Positions 13,295 through 26,311 of a stretch of DNA of 64,000 nt are shown in pieces; positions within the stretch are counted from its first letter, which is position 1, and each line of letters begins with the position of its first letter. The translations under genes were made by a program, and so were the position numbers. The notes beneath the pieces were generated by a model. The model did no database searches. It was not told where the DNA came from and saw nothing but the letters and a program-made list of their open reading frames with translations. This DNA comes from Tricharina praecox (taxonomy: Eukaryota). The DNA lies in NCBI RefSeq assembly GCF_024521635.1, contig NW_026250410.1, positions 1,054,001-1,118,000 of the forward strand. Reading direction: 5' to 3'.

Positions 13295-14678
13295 TCAGTT
13301 GGGCTCATCGGTATCCTGCTGCAGTGTCCGTTTAAAATACGACACTAAAAAGCGGCCAGTCAGCACGAATCACCAGACAGTGAAATGAAGAAAGAACGTA
13401 CCAGTTTCCCTCAGCCCATCGACAACATTAAACTGCGGCTGCCAACCAAACCTCTCGCCCGCCCTGCTGATATCTGGGCGTCTCCTTTGCGGATCATCCT
13501 CTACGGCGGGGAGATATACGACGCCGCTTTTCGTATCCGGCTCGACCTCCTTAACCAAATCCGTGATCATGACCGCGAAGCTATCGATGCTGAACTCATC
13601 CGGGTTTCCGAGGTTGACCGGTTCGGTGCACTCGCTCTCCATGAGGCCGATGAGGCCATCCACGAGGTCATGGACATACATGAACGACCTCGTCGCCTTT
13701 CCATCACCATACACGGTGATATCGTCGCCCCTGAGCGCCTGCAGGATGAAGTTCGATACCACCCGCCCGTCGTTCCAATTCATGCGGGGGCCAAAAGTGT
13801 TAAAGATGCGCGCGACGCGGACGTCGACGCCTTCCTGCCGCGCATAGCTGTACGTCAGCGCCTCGGCCACACGCTTCCCCTCGTCGTAGCAGGCCCGTGG
13901 CCCGATCGGATTCACGTGCCCCCAGTAGGATTCTTGCTGCGGGTGCTCGGCGGGGGAACCGTAGATCTCACTGGTGCTCGCGAGGAGGAAGCGGGCCTTG
14001 ACACGCTTCGATAGTCCGAGCATGTTGTACGTCCCGAAGAAACCGGTCTTGAGTGTCTTCACCGGGTTGGATTGGTAGTGCACGGGTGATGCCGGACACG
14101 CCAGGTGGTACACTTGGTCCACTTCGAGGAGGATCGGGTCGACTACATCGTGGCTTTCGGGGAGTTAGCTGGCTGACCGGAGGGCAGAGGGTGGCATAGC
14201 TACCGGATCAACTCGAAATTGCTGTGACCAATCCACTGGCTGACGTTCGACTTCGTCCCGGTAAAGAAGTTATCGACACAGATGACATCGTGGCCCATGA
14301 GCATGAGCCGGTCGACGAGATGCGAGCCGACGAAGCCCGCGCCCTGTAGTTACACCACCTCCATCAGCCTCGTCTCCCCGTCACCACCACCACCACCACC
14401 ACCACCACCACCACCACTCCCCGCCCGGGCAACTGGGGGACACTAACACCAGTAACGAGAATCCGCTTCTTCCTCAGCGGACTAAGCTTCTTGACTTGCG
14501 GGAACTCATCGGTGGCCGCGTGCGTCGTCGCTGAGGCGGTGTCCAATGTGCGGTCGAGGTAGAGGTCGCGTAGCGTCGCGATCGGGATCTTGCCCGCTAC
14601 TACTGTCTGTGGCGGCGGCGCTGGTGGCGGAGGCAGCGGTTGGTCTGTGGCGGCGGCGGCGAAGGCTGGCGACGACAT
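13295..14678 (-). CDS. UXS1: UDP-glucuronate decarboxylase (UDP-xylose synthase), 4 exons
   Basis: RKKRILVTGGAGFVGSHLVDRLM (spliced); IEVDQVYHLACPASP-like segment; ASTSEIYG; YWGHVNPIGPRACYDEGKRVAE; ARIFNTFGPRM; PVNLGNPDEF; DDPQRRRPDI. Last exon VSYFKRTLQQDTDEPN*. Confidence 0.93.
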
Positions 14679-17600
14679 GATAGGTAGAAAGGTACGTGGG
14701 CGGGCTGGTTTATGCGATGCGATGCGAAAGTGCGTGTATGTATGCTATGTATGCTGGGGAGTATTTATGTTCGTGCAGGGCTGGACGCCGACGGGGGTTG
14801 CAGCCGATGGGTCGGTGGATGGCACTTTCTATGATGCGGTTTACCAGTAGTGGCTAGTCCCAGGCCCCTGTACAGCTGTGCTAAGCCATGAGAGCTATTG
14901 CGAAGTAAACGGATGTGGGGCAAGGTGTAAGATGGTATGGTGGTATGGTATGGTACTCTACCGTACACATGGACTCATGGAGGTCCTGAGTTTCGTGGGC
15001 TTGCACCGTTGCACGTGCTGAGCCCGGTCGAATGCCCGCACGACCACACGACCTTCTCTTCGTATATACAGCGCGCCTCCTAACTACCAGGACCTACGCC
15101 CTATGTACTATGATACTAGTACATACACACAATTCATCCGCCAATCCGCGAGCCAACTCTCCGACCGGCACGACACTGGCTGCTTCCCAAACCCCCCCAA
15201 CCCCCGCTCCATGGTTGTGCGGAGTGTGCGTGGAGTGTGCGTGTGCGTGTGTGATCCGATTGATTACCTACCTATATACCTTACCTCTCCCCTCACCGCA
15301 GACCACTCTATCGGGCCGTCGTCCGTCTCCGAAAACCCAGGAAACCGCAGGATTCGCCCGGTGAGTAGTCGGGCGGATGTCTGGGGCGAGGGGAGGGCGA
15401 AGGGGGGGCGAGGGGAGGGCGAAGGGAGGGCGATGTTCCTTGCGTCGAGGTACACGTCGGTGTTTTATACTTGGTTGGCTATGTATGAAGTATGTATATA
15501 TGGGATGGGTCGACTTGCGGCGAGTGCTTTTTGGATGGATGGATGGATGGATGGATGGGGCCGGCCGGGCGGATTAGTGGTGGTGCATGGATTGGTGATG
15601 GTGGTGGTGATGGTGGTGGTGGTGGTGGTGGACGAATTGGTGGTGGTGGTGGACGGACACATGCAGGAACCTGGAAAACTTGTGTTGTGAACCGGTCCGC
15701 CAGTGGACGCGTAAAGTACTTGGGGTATGCACTGGGGGCTGAAATTTTCCGGGTGGGCGCGGCGGGGCGGGGTTTCCCATGGCGGCGGCAAGATTGGTGG
15801 TATGTATTGTACCAGGAGCTGCCAATAAGTGGTGCCTCACCACCATCACGAGTTATAAGAGCTAGTCTGTATTCAGAGTGCACTAAGCCAGATACAATTA
15901 AATGAGTGAGTGGTTGTGACTAAGTTGTATTGGGGAAAGACGCTAAGTTGTAGGGGGGAAAAACTGGTGAGGCAGCACTTACCCTTCCACCCGAGTACAT
16001 ATACAAAGTAATCAGCCAGCTGTATGTATGTCTCGGACTCAACCCCGCTCAACGGCGATTTAAATACGGTACGGTAGGTACTCCATCGGATTTACATAGG
16101 AAGTCTCCTCCAAGTTCAGGTGGAGACAGATCCAGTGCGCCCTGCACCTAGACGGAAGGGCGTCGAATCTCGATCGTCAAAGGAACAGGAACAGGCTTCG
16201 CGACGAGCTCCGAGCCGATTGGGAGGCCCGCCCGGCCGCACACGTTTCTTTCGGGAACGGTTGGCTCAGAAAAACAAGCAATCAGGCAATTGCCTCGTAC
16301 ATAGAGTCGTCACTCCGGCTGACCATCGGAACGGCTGGGGACTTTCACCGGGTAGGGGCCGTCGAGATACGGGCGGTGGGCGGTGGGCGGGATTCGTCGT
16401 CGTCACCACGCACTGCCATATGTTCATAGGATATCGGGCAACCCGCCGCCTGGTGCTTCGGCTCGGACGAGTAGTCGTCGAGACGGCCCAATCACCGCTG
16501 GCGTCGGGAGATACGGTCCGCGTATTCGGCAAGTGTCCGAATCGGAGTGGCAGTGGGGGAAACTACCGGAGCATGACGGTTCTGAGGATGCCGCTGAGAG
16601 ATGTCACGGCGGAAACAAGTCCGACACGTTTCGCTCTGGATTATGTAATGCCCGAAGCTGAGCTTTGGGTTCTGTGATCTATGTACTAGTAGTTTGTTAC
16701 TCGAAGCATCATCTGTCCGTGCGATGCCACTGTCGTGCGGAGAACTCGGCTCGGCGTCTCGACTGACGGGTGCGAATCTCGGAACCCATGGCGCAAGATT
16801 CCTCACGGAGCGACTGGAGAGACACTAGGGATTCCGTCGGCGACGGTCGGAATCGACAGATTCTTCCTCGGTCGGCAGCATTCCAGCAACTCCGGCGCCA
16901 CGACAAGGCTGGCTGTAGTAATGGCGGGGTCCAACGCTTCAATTAGCGGCTCCGTCAACGCCAAGCTTTAACTTGGCTGCAATCATACTCGCATTGAATC
17001 GCATTCGCTCGCTGCTGTGGCTTTTCCGGTCTCTTTCCAGTGGCAGCGGGCAAACAGCTGTGGCTTTTTCAATCTCGTTCCAGTGGCCGCGATTCAAAAA
17101 GTCGTCACCACAGTACATGCGTGTACCTTCCCGTTCCCTTCCCTCCGACGACTTCAATCCTGGGTCGAGATATATATCCAATGATCGTCGAGTGCTGGCC
17201 AACTGGCTGGCCGGTCTTGGGCTTTCCTTTTGTCATGTTTTCTTTCTTCCTTCCGCAACAAGCAGCGTCAGCAGCACACGGAAAAAAGGGCGTAGCCACT
17301 CAGATTGATGCCGATGCGCCGGCCACCGCAAGTGCTGCGAGAAGAGAGTGGGCGGACGTGCAGAAATGTGTAGGTCCTTTCTCCTTCGCATTCTTTCACT
17401 TGCACTAAGCCCAAAATTAATCAGCAAGCAAGCAACTGCCCCCTCCCCAGTAAACCTCCCACGGTCCCACCCCCAGAGACAACAACAACCGCTGCTACCT
17501 CGATCCGCCGCCACCACCACCACCACTTCCACCACCACTTCCACCGACTCTCAAACATCCCTCCCTCCCTCTCCTCGTGTCCACCCCCTTCTCCTCCCAC

Positions 17601-17848
17601 CCCTCTCCTCCCTTCTCTCTACAAAAGTTTACCTGCCCCGTCACTAGTCTCTTCTACTCGTCTTTTCTATCCAACTTCTTTATTTCTCGTTTCTTCGCGC
17701 TTCGTCATCGTTCCTGCATCGTCGTCGGCGTCTCCATCCGTCTCATCCCTTTGTCGTCCCCACCCCCCACCCACAAGTTTAAAAGGAACCCACCTCGCCT
17801 CTCCACGCCGCTTTCTGCCACTACATCAACATTCACAACCGCAACACC

Positions 17849-18808
17849 ATGAGCGCGCTCATGAATCCTCAACCACTTCCCCTCCACAACCAGTCTATGC
17901 ACCCGACGAGACACTCCCCTGCTCGTCTCGGTAAGTTTGTTTGCTTTTTCTCCGCGGTCGCCGAAACTGTCGAGTAGTCAACTGACGTTTGTTGTTTGGT
18001 TCCCACAGGCGGCAGGAAGCGAAAGGCCGATGAAGACCACGAACCTCGAACCAGCTATTTGGACAATGATATGGACCTCCAGATGGGTGCCTCGCCCCAC
18101 GTCGCTCCTCGTATGCTCAAGAAGCCCCGCAGCAATGTGGTCCAGGGTCGTCCTCTGCCTCTGCCTCGGCTCCTCGAATCGGTCGATCAGCAAACGCTCA
18201 AGAACATCATCCAGGCCATGTGCGATCGACACCCCGAACTTGTCAAAGAAGTGACGGAACTCGCCCCGCGGCCTACTGTGTCCTCTGCGCTGGATACTCT
18301 GAGGAACTACGAGTCGACGTACCGCCAAGCGTTCCCCTACGGTGGAAATTCAACCGGTGACTACGCCCACAATCGGGTTCGACCTGCCCTAATGGAACTG
18401 CTTGATGCGTTGTCGGACTACACTCCCCATTTCCTGCCACCGAACGAGAGTCAGACGGCCGTTAGCCTCTCGTTTTTGGACGGTGCCACCGATTTCATTC
18501 ACCGATTGCCCGAATGGGAGAACCCTCTTCACAACTACCCCAAGCAGACGGCGTACGAGGAAATCACGAAGGCATGGATACTGGTCATCCAGGAGGCGGC
18601 AAAACGGGGAGCTGGAATCAGTCTTCAGTACGGAGGATGGGAATCGAAACTGTCGAGGCACAACGAGCACTCAGGTGGAAGGATGCAACAGGCTGTCGTC
18701 CAGATCAGACAGACACTCGGTTTGGACGAGGGAGCGAACGGCCGAAGTCAGCGTTCGCCCGCAGGCTTTGGTGTCGGTATGCAGTCTGTCTCCGTTCGCA
18801 CTTGGTGA
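17849..18808 (+). CDS. STS1: Nuclear proteasome tethering factor Sts1/Cut8; exons 17849-17930 and 18009-18808
   Basis: Bipartite NLS GRKRKA...KKPR; GRPLPLPRLLE; AFPYGGNSTGDYAHNRVR; DYTPHFLPPNE; IHRLPEWE; EAAKRGAGI. Canonical GTAAGT...CTGAC...CAG intron at 17931-18008. Confidence 0.93.
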
Positions 18809-19619
18809 AGGGGGTAAATATTGGTTGTGATGGACGGACTGATGGGGTTGGGCGACAGGTGGGGTGGACGGACGGACGGGGGGACGATAAATGATGGATA
18901 GTTCGATTGGTGTTACTGTGTTTGTATTTTCTTCTTGCGGGTGGCTATCTTTGGGTTGCATACTGTTGAGCCTGGTGTCGTATAGCATGATTGCCTACAC
19001 CGTTTGCTCGCCTTGGGGTCTTCGTTGTTTCATAGCATATTTTTTTTGCAGTGCCCCTCCCCCCCTCCCCTTTACTCTCTTTTTTCTTTTGTCTTTTTCC
19101 GTCCGTGTCTCTTCCTGGCCAGGTTTAGGGATAACTCATTTGCTGGTCTCGCATTTCATTGTTTATTTACCCCACCCGCTCTGTACATTCTCATGCCGTG
19201 CTTCGGTTGTCTTTTTTTTCTTCTTTCTTCTTCTTTTCTTTCTCTTTCGTTTTTCTTCTTCTTCTCCAAATATACAAATCTTTTTTTTTACATCCTTAGG
19301 AACATACCATACCGAGTGGCGTTAATAATTTACTCTGGAAGGTGGGCGTCATTGGCAAGTACATAGAGTGGCCACTGTCAACACAAGTCAACACACACCA
19401 AACAAAACAAAATAGTGTGGTTTCGTCGAAACGGGAGGTTCGAGGCGATGCCCGCATAGACACCCAGACAATGAATGTCCAAGTAAGTCGGATCCTGCCA
19501 TGCCCATCCATCCATACAATTTATCCTTCATACTTTTCTAACTCTCGAACACCCTCGAAATTGTAATCATCTAAGGTCCCCACAATTCTACACCTTGGTT
19601 ATCCTCGCGCGTATGGTAT

Positions 19620-19740
19620 AGTGATAGACTGATATGCTGATAGACTGCTAGACTGATAGACTTATAGACTTCTACTATAGTCTTCTAGACTTCCAGACTT
19701 CTAGACTTCAAGACTTTAAAACTTCAAGACTTAAGAATAC
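19620..19740. repeat. Degenerate TpA-rich tandem repeat (~8-bp unit, AGACTT-based)
   Basis: ...ctagactt ccagactt ctagactt caagactt taaaactt caagactt..., preceded by repeated gatagact. Confidence 0.6.
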
Positions 19741-20310
19741 CCTAATAGAATGGAAACGTGATCTTTCCCGACTAGAGTATCCTCGGCCCCAGAGGAAATC
19801 ATTAAACTCCAAGCTTTGCAGCTTGGGCAGCTCGCGCAGAGGTAGTTGTCAAACGCCGGCCCGTCGTTGTATGTACCGCGGCCCACCCCTCCCATACCCT
19901 AAACGTGATAATAGTCTACTATAATGTCCTCGGTCATAGATACGCCGCTCTATACTACTAACCAGGAGAAGCATTCCTGAAGATGGCACGAGGGATCACT
20001 CGAATACCAGATCTGACCGAGTAGAGTACTTGGTCGGCTGAGGCCCTGAGGGATAACTGCGTTGCAGATTTGCAGTAGGTATCTAAACCAGCTATCCACA
20101 CAGCTATGCACACAGCTATGCATCCGCTCGCAATGGTGGCTCTACATACCCAAGTGGAAAACATCAAAAGCGATAGATACCGGTAGGTACTCTATGGAGG
20201 CCATGCCATCGACTTTCTTCCAAGTTCTCATGCCCTCCAAACTCTAAATTCGAAATTCCAAGCTTCAAGCTCGTATGTACCGGTACTAGTACATACTAGT
20301 ACTCACGATG

Positions 20311-20416
20311 CCTCCAGAACTCTCCGGAACCCTTCAGAACCCTCAAGAACCCTCAAGAACCCTCAAGAACCCTCAAGAACCCTCAAGAACCCTCAAGAAC
20401 CCTCAAGAACCCTCCA
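20311..20416. repeat. Minisatellite (CCTCAAGAAC)n
   Basis: 7 perfect 10-bp copies at 20341-20410, with 3 degenerate copies immediately upstream (cctccagaac, tctccggaac, ccttcagaac). Confidence 0.95.
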
Positions 20417-20546
20417 ACTACCAAGGTAGGTAGCAGACGAACGAAGTGCCCGATATCGAGATCGAGGTCCACGATTCCAATCCTTGAGGTAGGGAGGGAG
20501 GGAGGGAGGGAGAGGGTGATTTCCAAATCCAAATGCCCTCGGCTAC

Positions 20547-20578
<32 letters not shown>

Positions 20579-20940
20579 TATTTTACAGACACCCAGGTTG
20601 ACTGTTGGTTGGAATTCGGCTCGTATCCACCAACAGATAGTTCGTGCTTTCCGGCGAGGTAGACCCTACCAAAGGGCTGAGATAGCGGAGTCGTGAGAGA
20701 TGTCTGACTGCCTGTCGGCGCTCGGATGGAACTTCACGGATCCAACTGTTTTGCGAAGGCGGACTGCAGCTTGTATCCAAAATTGTGTTTCTTACGAATG
20801 TGCACCTGCCACCGAGTGCATACCGTATGGTAGTGTCGTTGATTAAAAAGTAGCCGTCATCATCATCATCATCAAAAAAAAGCAGGTGTGTAGAATACAG
20901 TCCCCACACCCCCCAGTCGGCCGTCGGTGCAGCGGTAACC

Positions 20941-21827
20941 TCAAAACAGCACATTACTCGCAATACTAAACAACCAGGCGGGGTCCTGCCATCCATCATC
21001 CATATCCCTCCTGCGTCTCTGCTCCTCCCTGAGCCTCTCCTCCTCCGGCCCCGCAATCCTGAGCCGTTCGCGCTCTTTCACCCGCTCCTTCTCCTTCTCC
21101 TTCTCCCCCCGCTTCTCCTCCTCGTCCTCAGTGTCGCTATCATCCTCGCCAAAAACAGACCACCCAATGAGCCGATCAATAATCTGCCCGAGCCTGTACA
21201 CGCCCCCCACAGCTTCATCCTCCTCCTCCCACTCCCCCTGTTCCACCCCCACCTCCACCCCCACCCCCTCGCCCACACCACCCCGCGCATACCCAGCGGC
21301 CATATAATCCTCCTCCTCCGCAGCCCCCCACATGGGCGAGAGCGCCCTTTCATTTGCCCTCTCCCTCTCCCTGTCCCCCTGTGCATCATGATCGTCATCG
21401 TCCTCAGCAACAAGCGAAGTGGAAGATGCCCGCGTCGTCAACCACGCCTGTCCCTTCGCCTCGCGCGCGCCGGAGGTCAGCGCGTCCGCTGTGCGGTGTA
21501 GCCATTCCGCGCTACTGTTCAGTCGCGGCACGGAGCGGGATTTAGGGATTGGTGGGGTCGTCGCCGTCCGTGACGGTGTCGGGGTGAGCACCGTCGCGGA
21601 AGGTGTCTGTGGCGCTGGTTAGTACCTGCGGCTGGAGGGGGGGGGGGAAGTACAGAGGGCGACTGGATATACGACGCCGAACGACGGGTGTGCGGCCGTT
21701 GGCGCTGCGTGGAGAAGTCGGAGGGCGTGAGTGTCGCGCTCGTTAGCGGGCTGAATGACATCGACGAGAAGTTTATCGACCCTCCTGTCGAGCGGCGGGA
21801 GTGGCGGCGTGAGGGGGGGGCGGACAT
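20941..21827 (-). CDS. Conserved fungal DUF3984-like protein; intron 21607-21653
   Basis: SFSPLTS; EWLHRTADALTSGAREAKGQAWLTTRASSTSLV; IDRLIGWSVF; C-terminal GWQDPAWLFSIASNVLF. These match my recollection of the DUF3984 family. A 47-nt GT...CTAAC...CAG intron joins the two ORFs in frame. Confidence 0.8.
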
Positions 21828-22239
21828 TGCTTGCTACTTTCTGCTGCTACTGTTGCGAGTGTGGGATGTTGGGTGTGAATGGGGGAGAGGGTGAATGGGT
21901 GGTGAGAGCCTGAGAGGGTATCGATATATGTATGTGGATGTGGATGTGTTGATGGATTCTCGGATTGGCATGTGATCAGTGGTAGATACCGTACTAGACA
22001 CGCACGAACCAAGACCATAGCCGGCAGGCAAGCAGGCAAGCAGGCAGGCAACACGATACGAGCGACGCGACTTAAAGTACCGCAGTTAAGGGCGCACAGA
22101 CACGGAGGATTCCGATACTCCGATTCTCCACTACTTCCGGGCACCATCCATTCATAAACCATAAACCATTCACATTTCATAAACCATAAACCATATATAC
22201 ATATTCTCCAGTACATCACCACCTCCGCCACTACTGCCA

Positions 22240-22723
22240 CTACTTATGAACCCCAACACCCCCCTCCGTAGCAGCCTTCGCATGATCGGCGCCGACCCAC
22301 CTACGGAAAGCGCTCTCAACAAAGCCCGCCTTGGGCTTCATGTCCTCGTAGCCGTCGTACATATGCCTCGACTTCGAAGCGTGCAGGTTACTGAACAGCG
22401 GGGTGCCGTGGCCATCGTTGCCGCCGCCGAAGCTCTAGTCACATTAACGCCTCTCCATTAACGCCTCTCCCTTAACTAGGGGGGAGAAGGGAAGAAGTAT
22501 ATACCAAACGCTTCCCGCGACTAGCCCGCGGCGGGGCATCGAGCTCCACAGAGGTGCGCCGCACGTCGGCCTCATTGGCCGGAACGTTGTGCAGGTCCTT
22601 TGCGGTGAGCGGGGAGATCTCGGGGGCCGGGGCACTGGCGGTGGCGCTGAAGGGGGCGCCGCTCTCCGACGAGATCGAAGAGCTGCGCTCGGAGGAGATG
22701 GAGGAGTGGCGGGAGTCGGTCAT
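22240..22723 (-). CDS. Small spliced protein (~137 aa), resembling CON-8-like conidiation-associated proteins; intron 22435-22504
   Basis: Exon 1 MTDSRHSSISS...RASRGKRL, then a GTATAT...ACTAG intron. Exon 2 SFGGGNDGHGTPLFSNLHASKSRHMYDGYEDMKPKAGFVESAFRRWVG...VHK*. Good start context (acacaATG). Family assignment is tentative. Confidence 0.7.
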
Positions 22724-23675
22724 TGTGTTATCGTTTTGGATAATTTTGTTGTTACTGTGAGTGTTGTGGGTTGTGGGTTGTGTTTGTTTGTGTTTTGTGT
22801 GTGTTTATTGCAAAGAAAAATTTGGATATTTGACGAAGGGGGACGGGCCATTATATGCCCTCCATTCTCCATTCTCCATTCTCCACGCAAGAGATACAGG
22901 CCGGTACTGCAGTACTGCAGTGAGGTCATCTTTACCCGCCAGATCGTGAGATGGCTAGCGGAGGTGGTTGTATGTCATTACTCGGATGGGGGATCGAAGT
23001 ATTCAGATAGTAGTGGCAGTAGGCGGTGGTAGGTAGTGAGGATGGCCGGCAACCCGACCTGTTTCCTGTGAGTGGCGGGGCGGGGGGGGGGGGGGGGGGG
23101 CAGATGATGACCGCTACATAGATCTCCGACAGAGTCCACGGGCCTGGCGATCATCTCTTACGGTACGGTAGCCGCCTTCCCTAGTTAACACTCACGCCAC
23201 GGAAGGTGGGGAAAACCTGGGGAAGCCTGCGAATTCCTGGATGTAAACTGGTAGAGTTGTCTGTCTGAGCGAGCAAGCCACAAGCTCGACGGCCCATCAC
23301 GCAGCATCACCACCTCACCCATCCATCGGTACTCTATGCCAGGTTTTCTAACACCCGTCACTATCAGTCAGCTCTACTCTACTCTAGACCCTAGTTGCCG
23401 TGGTTGCTGGTATGGATGGTATGGATGGTAGTTATGTCCGGTATGGTAGCTACCCGGGTACCGTCATCACGGCAATGATCTACACCCGTCTACGTCTTAC
23501 CTCACCAGGCTCACCTAACCTCACCACGCCTTTCCTTGCCCGCACTCCATTCCCTGCCTTGTCCTGCCAACGCCCGCCCCCATCATCCGCCCTCCCGTCC
23601 CCCCATCATCCCCCTCACCTCCCGCCCTCCCCCCATCATCCCCAACCCCCCACCAACCCACGAACCACCACGACG

Positions 23676-23936
23676 ATGTCCGAAAAACCCACCATCCCGC
23701 TCACCACACCCGGCAGCACATTAGGCTTCGACCCAGCGGTGCTCGCGTTCGGCGCGGATGGGAAGATCGTATCGCAGCAGCAGCAGATGGGCGGCGGCGG
23801 GAGCCTCGAGGCGCAGCAGCGACGGCTTGAGGAGCTGCAGAGAGAGGTGGTTGAACGCGAGAGGAGGCTCAGGGTGAGGGAGAAGGAACGGGAGCGCGGG
23901 GTTGGTGTGGCTGGGGTGGAAGGTGGAGAGGAGTGA
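23676..23936 (+). CDS. Small orphan protein (86 aa) with C-terminal charged coiled coil
   Basis: MSEKPTIPLTTPGSTLGFDPAVLAFGADGKIV...LEAQQRRLEELQREVVERERRLR. C-rich leader, GT-rich trailer and GC3-rich codons like neighbouring genes. Confidence 0.6.
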   Translation: MSEKPTIPLTTPGSTLGFDPAVLAFGADGKIVSQQQQMGGGGSLEAQQRRLEELQREVVERERRLRVREKERERGVGVAGVEGGEE

Positions 23937-24980
23937 TGGTGAGAGGGTGATGGGGAGGGGGGAGGGGGAGGGGGGACCTGGAGGGGGTAAGAGCGCTGTT
24001 GTTTTGTTTTGGTTTTGTTTGTTGGGCGGGGAACTGGGGATTGTGGATTGTTGTGTTTCTGTTTTTTTCTTCTTTTCTGCGTTTGTTTGTCAGAACGTTC
24101 ATTCGTTCATCATGGAGGTTTGAGGGATTGCCTGTGGATTGAGTGTCCAAGGGCGTGATTTGGAGGACGGCACCACCTATCTGAAGCCATCTATCTGCCA
24201 TCATCCGCTCACTCTACCAGTAACCATCGGTGATATAAGCGCTCCGCCAGTCCAACGACGAGGATCACGAGCTCAATACCAAGTGTCCTGCCAATAGGTA
24301 TCTACGCCAGAGCAAACATTCATATAGACAATCTTCCCAAACAATCCCACGAATTACGACCTGCCACGTGCCCTGGTGCCCGCCTCCGCTCTACAAGGGG
24401 CACAAGTTGAGCTGTGTTGTCAATTATATCCTCCGGAACCGTTGCGATTGGCAGCAGCAAATGCCAGCCACAGAGGTGCGAACCACAAAACATCACTGCC
24501 GCTCACCTCCCAGGCGGAAAGCGGGGAGACTTTCGTGAGAGGTAGGTATGATACTTGCGAGTACCATGGTATGTAACATTCAACAGCGTAAGTATCATAA
24601 CAGCAGTAAACAGTGACAGAGTAGCAGTAGCAGTACAATAGGTAATGAACCATCAGATCTTCTGTAGAGTAGAGTAGGTATGCAGAGGTAGGATGCCGAG
24701 AGAGGGAAAGGGATAGGTAAGCAAGCAAATGTCACGTACGGACGGACGGAACGACCGCCACCCAAAGCGTCATGAAGTAAAGCCAGATGTGAAGGAGGAA
24801 GATATAAGAACCCGAGAACAGAATAGAACCGCTGTGATACGCCGGAACAACAAAGGAAACCCCCCATCTCACTCTCCCTAAGCCGCACATTACTTATCCA
24901 CGCTCTCTTACTTGAAGCTTCTCCCCAATCCGTCGTGTCTCCCGTGTACTAGATGTGCATGCGTGTATGGAATCGCCCGT

Positions 24981-25728
24981 CTACGGCGTCGGATTCTCCT
25001 GTATCGAGCACAAACACCCCGTCAGTCGCGCTGTTCCTACGCATAAATTGCCAACATCAAACCAGGAAATCACCTACCCTGACAAGATACCGGATCTTCT
25101 TTTCGTATGAAGCCTTATCCTTCTTAAAGAGGCTGAAAGCCTCGGCCTGCGCCGGACTCTCGGGGTTGGGATCGTCTAATAGATCCTGGATGCCCATCAG
25201 GATCTGCTTGATTGTGATCGCGGGCTTCCACGCCTCCTCCTCGTTCAGGATGCTCAAGCACACGGTGCCGGACGGGTACACGTTTGGGTGGAAGAGTGGT
25301 GGCGTGAACTTGCCTATATCCACCAACGCGTCAGCTCGCTGGGTCAGTTGTCAGGAGGGAGGCGGGGGGTGGCGTACACTTGGGCGGCTTAGTAGGGTAC
25401 TCTACGCGTGTCCAAAGCGTCAGCGGATAGGTAGGCAGCGCAGCGATCGTGGTGGTCACCACAAACCTTCTGGAAATATCATGTCGAGCTTGAACAGCCC
25501 GCCCTCCCAGATGGTCTTCTCCTTGCCGGGGATTCCGCAGCTCCACTTCATCAGGTCCAGACCATTGCCGTTCGCGGACTTGGCCGGCTTCGCGTAGAAT
25601 CCGAACGGGTGGTCTTTGCGCCATTGCTTGCTGATTGCGCACTTCAGTCAGTTTGAGGATCGAGGGCTGCAAGAGCGTGAGGGTGCGACAAACCGCTCTT
25701 CTTGCAGCCGGTTGACGCAGAGAGACAT
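24981..25728 (-). CDS. UBC9: SUMO-conjugating enzyme E2, 5 exons
   Basis: [73 protein letters not shown] (catalytic Cys); [11 protein letters not shown]. Last intron 24999-25077 gives the terminus ...LVRENPTP*. Confidence 0.96.
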
Positions 25729-26311
25729 GTTGCAGCTTGTAGTCGAGTCGGATCGTAGGTGCTTGGAACGATGGTGATGGTGGATAGGTGGAGGGAGAAG
25801 TGGTTGTTGTTAAATTGTAGTGATTGTGTTGATGTCTGCATTGCAGAGGAAGAAGAGGAAGAAGCCGCTAGCTCACTGCATGGTACTATGGTAGAGTATG
25901 TAACACCAGGGACAGCCACACGACACGGCCAGCTTCTCGAAGTGCAGAGTGACAACCCATGAGGTGCGCATTCCAGGAAATCAGCGATAATTAATCATCG
26001 TGCACAGTGCCGCCTGCGAGAGTAGCCTGTTCTGTCCGGCTGCTCTAATGGCCTTTGCGACCTTCTCGATAAATCGATCATGGACATCTGTGGGTCGCAG
26101 TTACATTAGGGTAGAGCGGTGCCCAGGTACTTGCCGAGGCATCACCATACGGCCGCCCACCTCCACCCATTCACCACTACAGCCGGCATCTTCGATAAGA
26201 TAAAAAGTCCACGCTTCGAGCATCATCACCTCAGCCTGCAGCTGTCCCTCCAACTGCCCCGCTCTCCTCCTCCCCCCCTCTACCTACAGCTATCGCGAAT
26301 AAACACACAAG

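Noticed and set aside
15032..17408. Many ORFs in the UXS1-STS1 intergenic region
   Set aside because: Low-complexity (GGT)n and (GGAT)n translations without coding signatures.
20341..20410. Regular repeat considered as a CRISPR array or telomeric repeat
   Set aside because: No spacers, eukaryotic context and not TTAGGG; it is a simple minisatellite.
25022..25077. Alternative UBC9 ending EQRD* through a proximal TAG acceptor
   Set aside because: It would need a 41-nt intron without a good branch site; the distal acceptor has CTGAC and gives the conserved-type ENPTP terminus.
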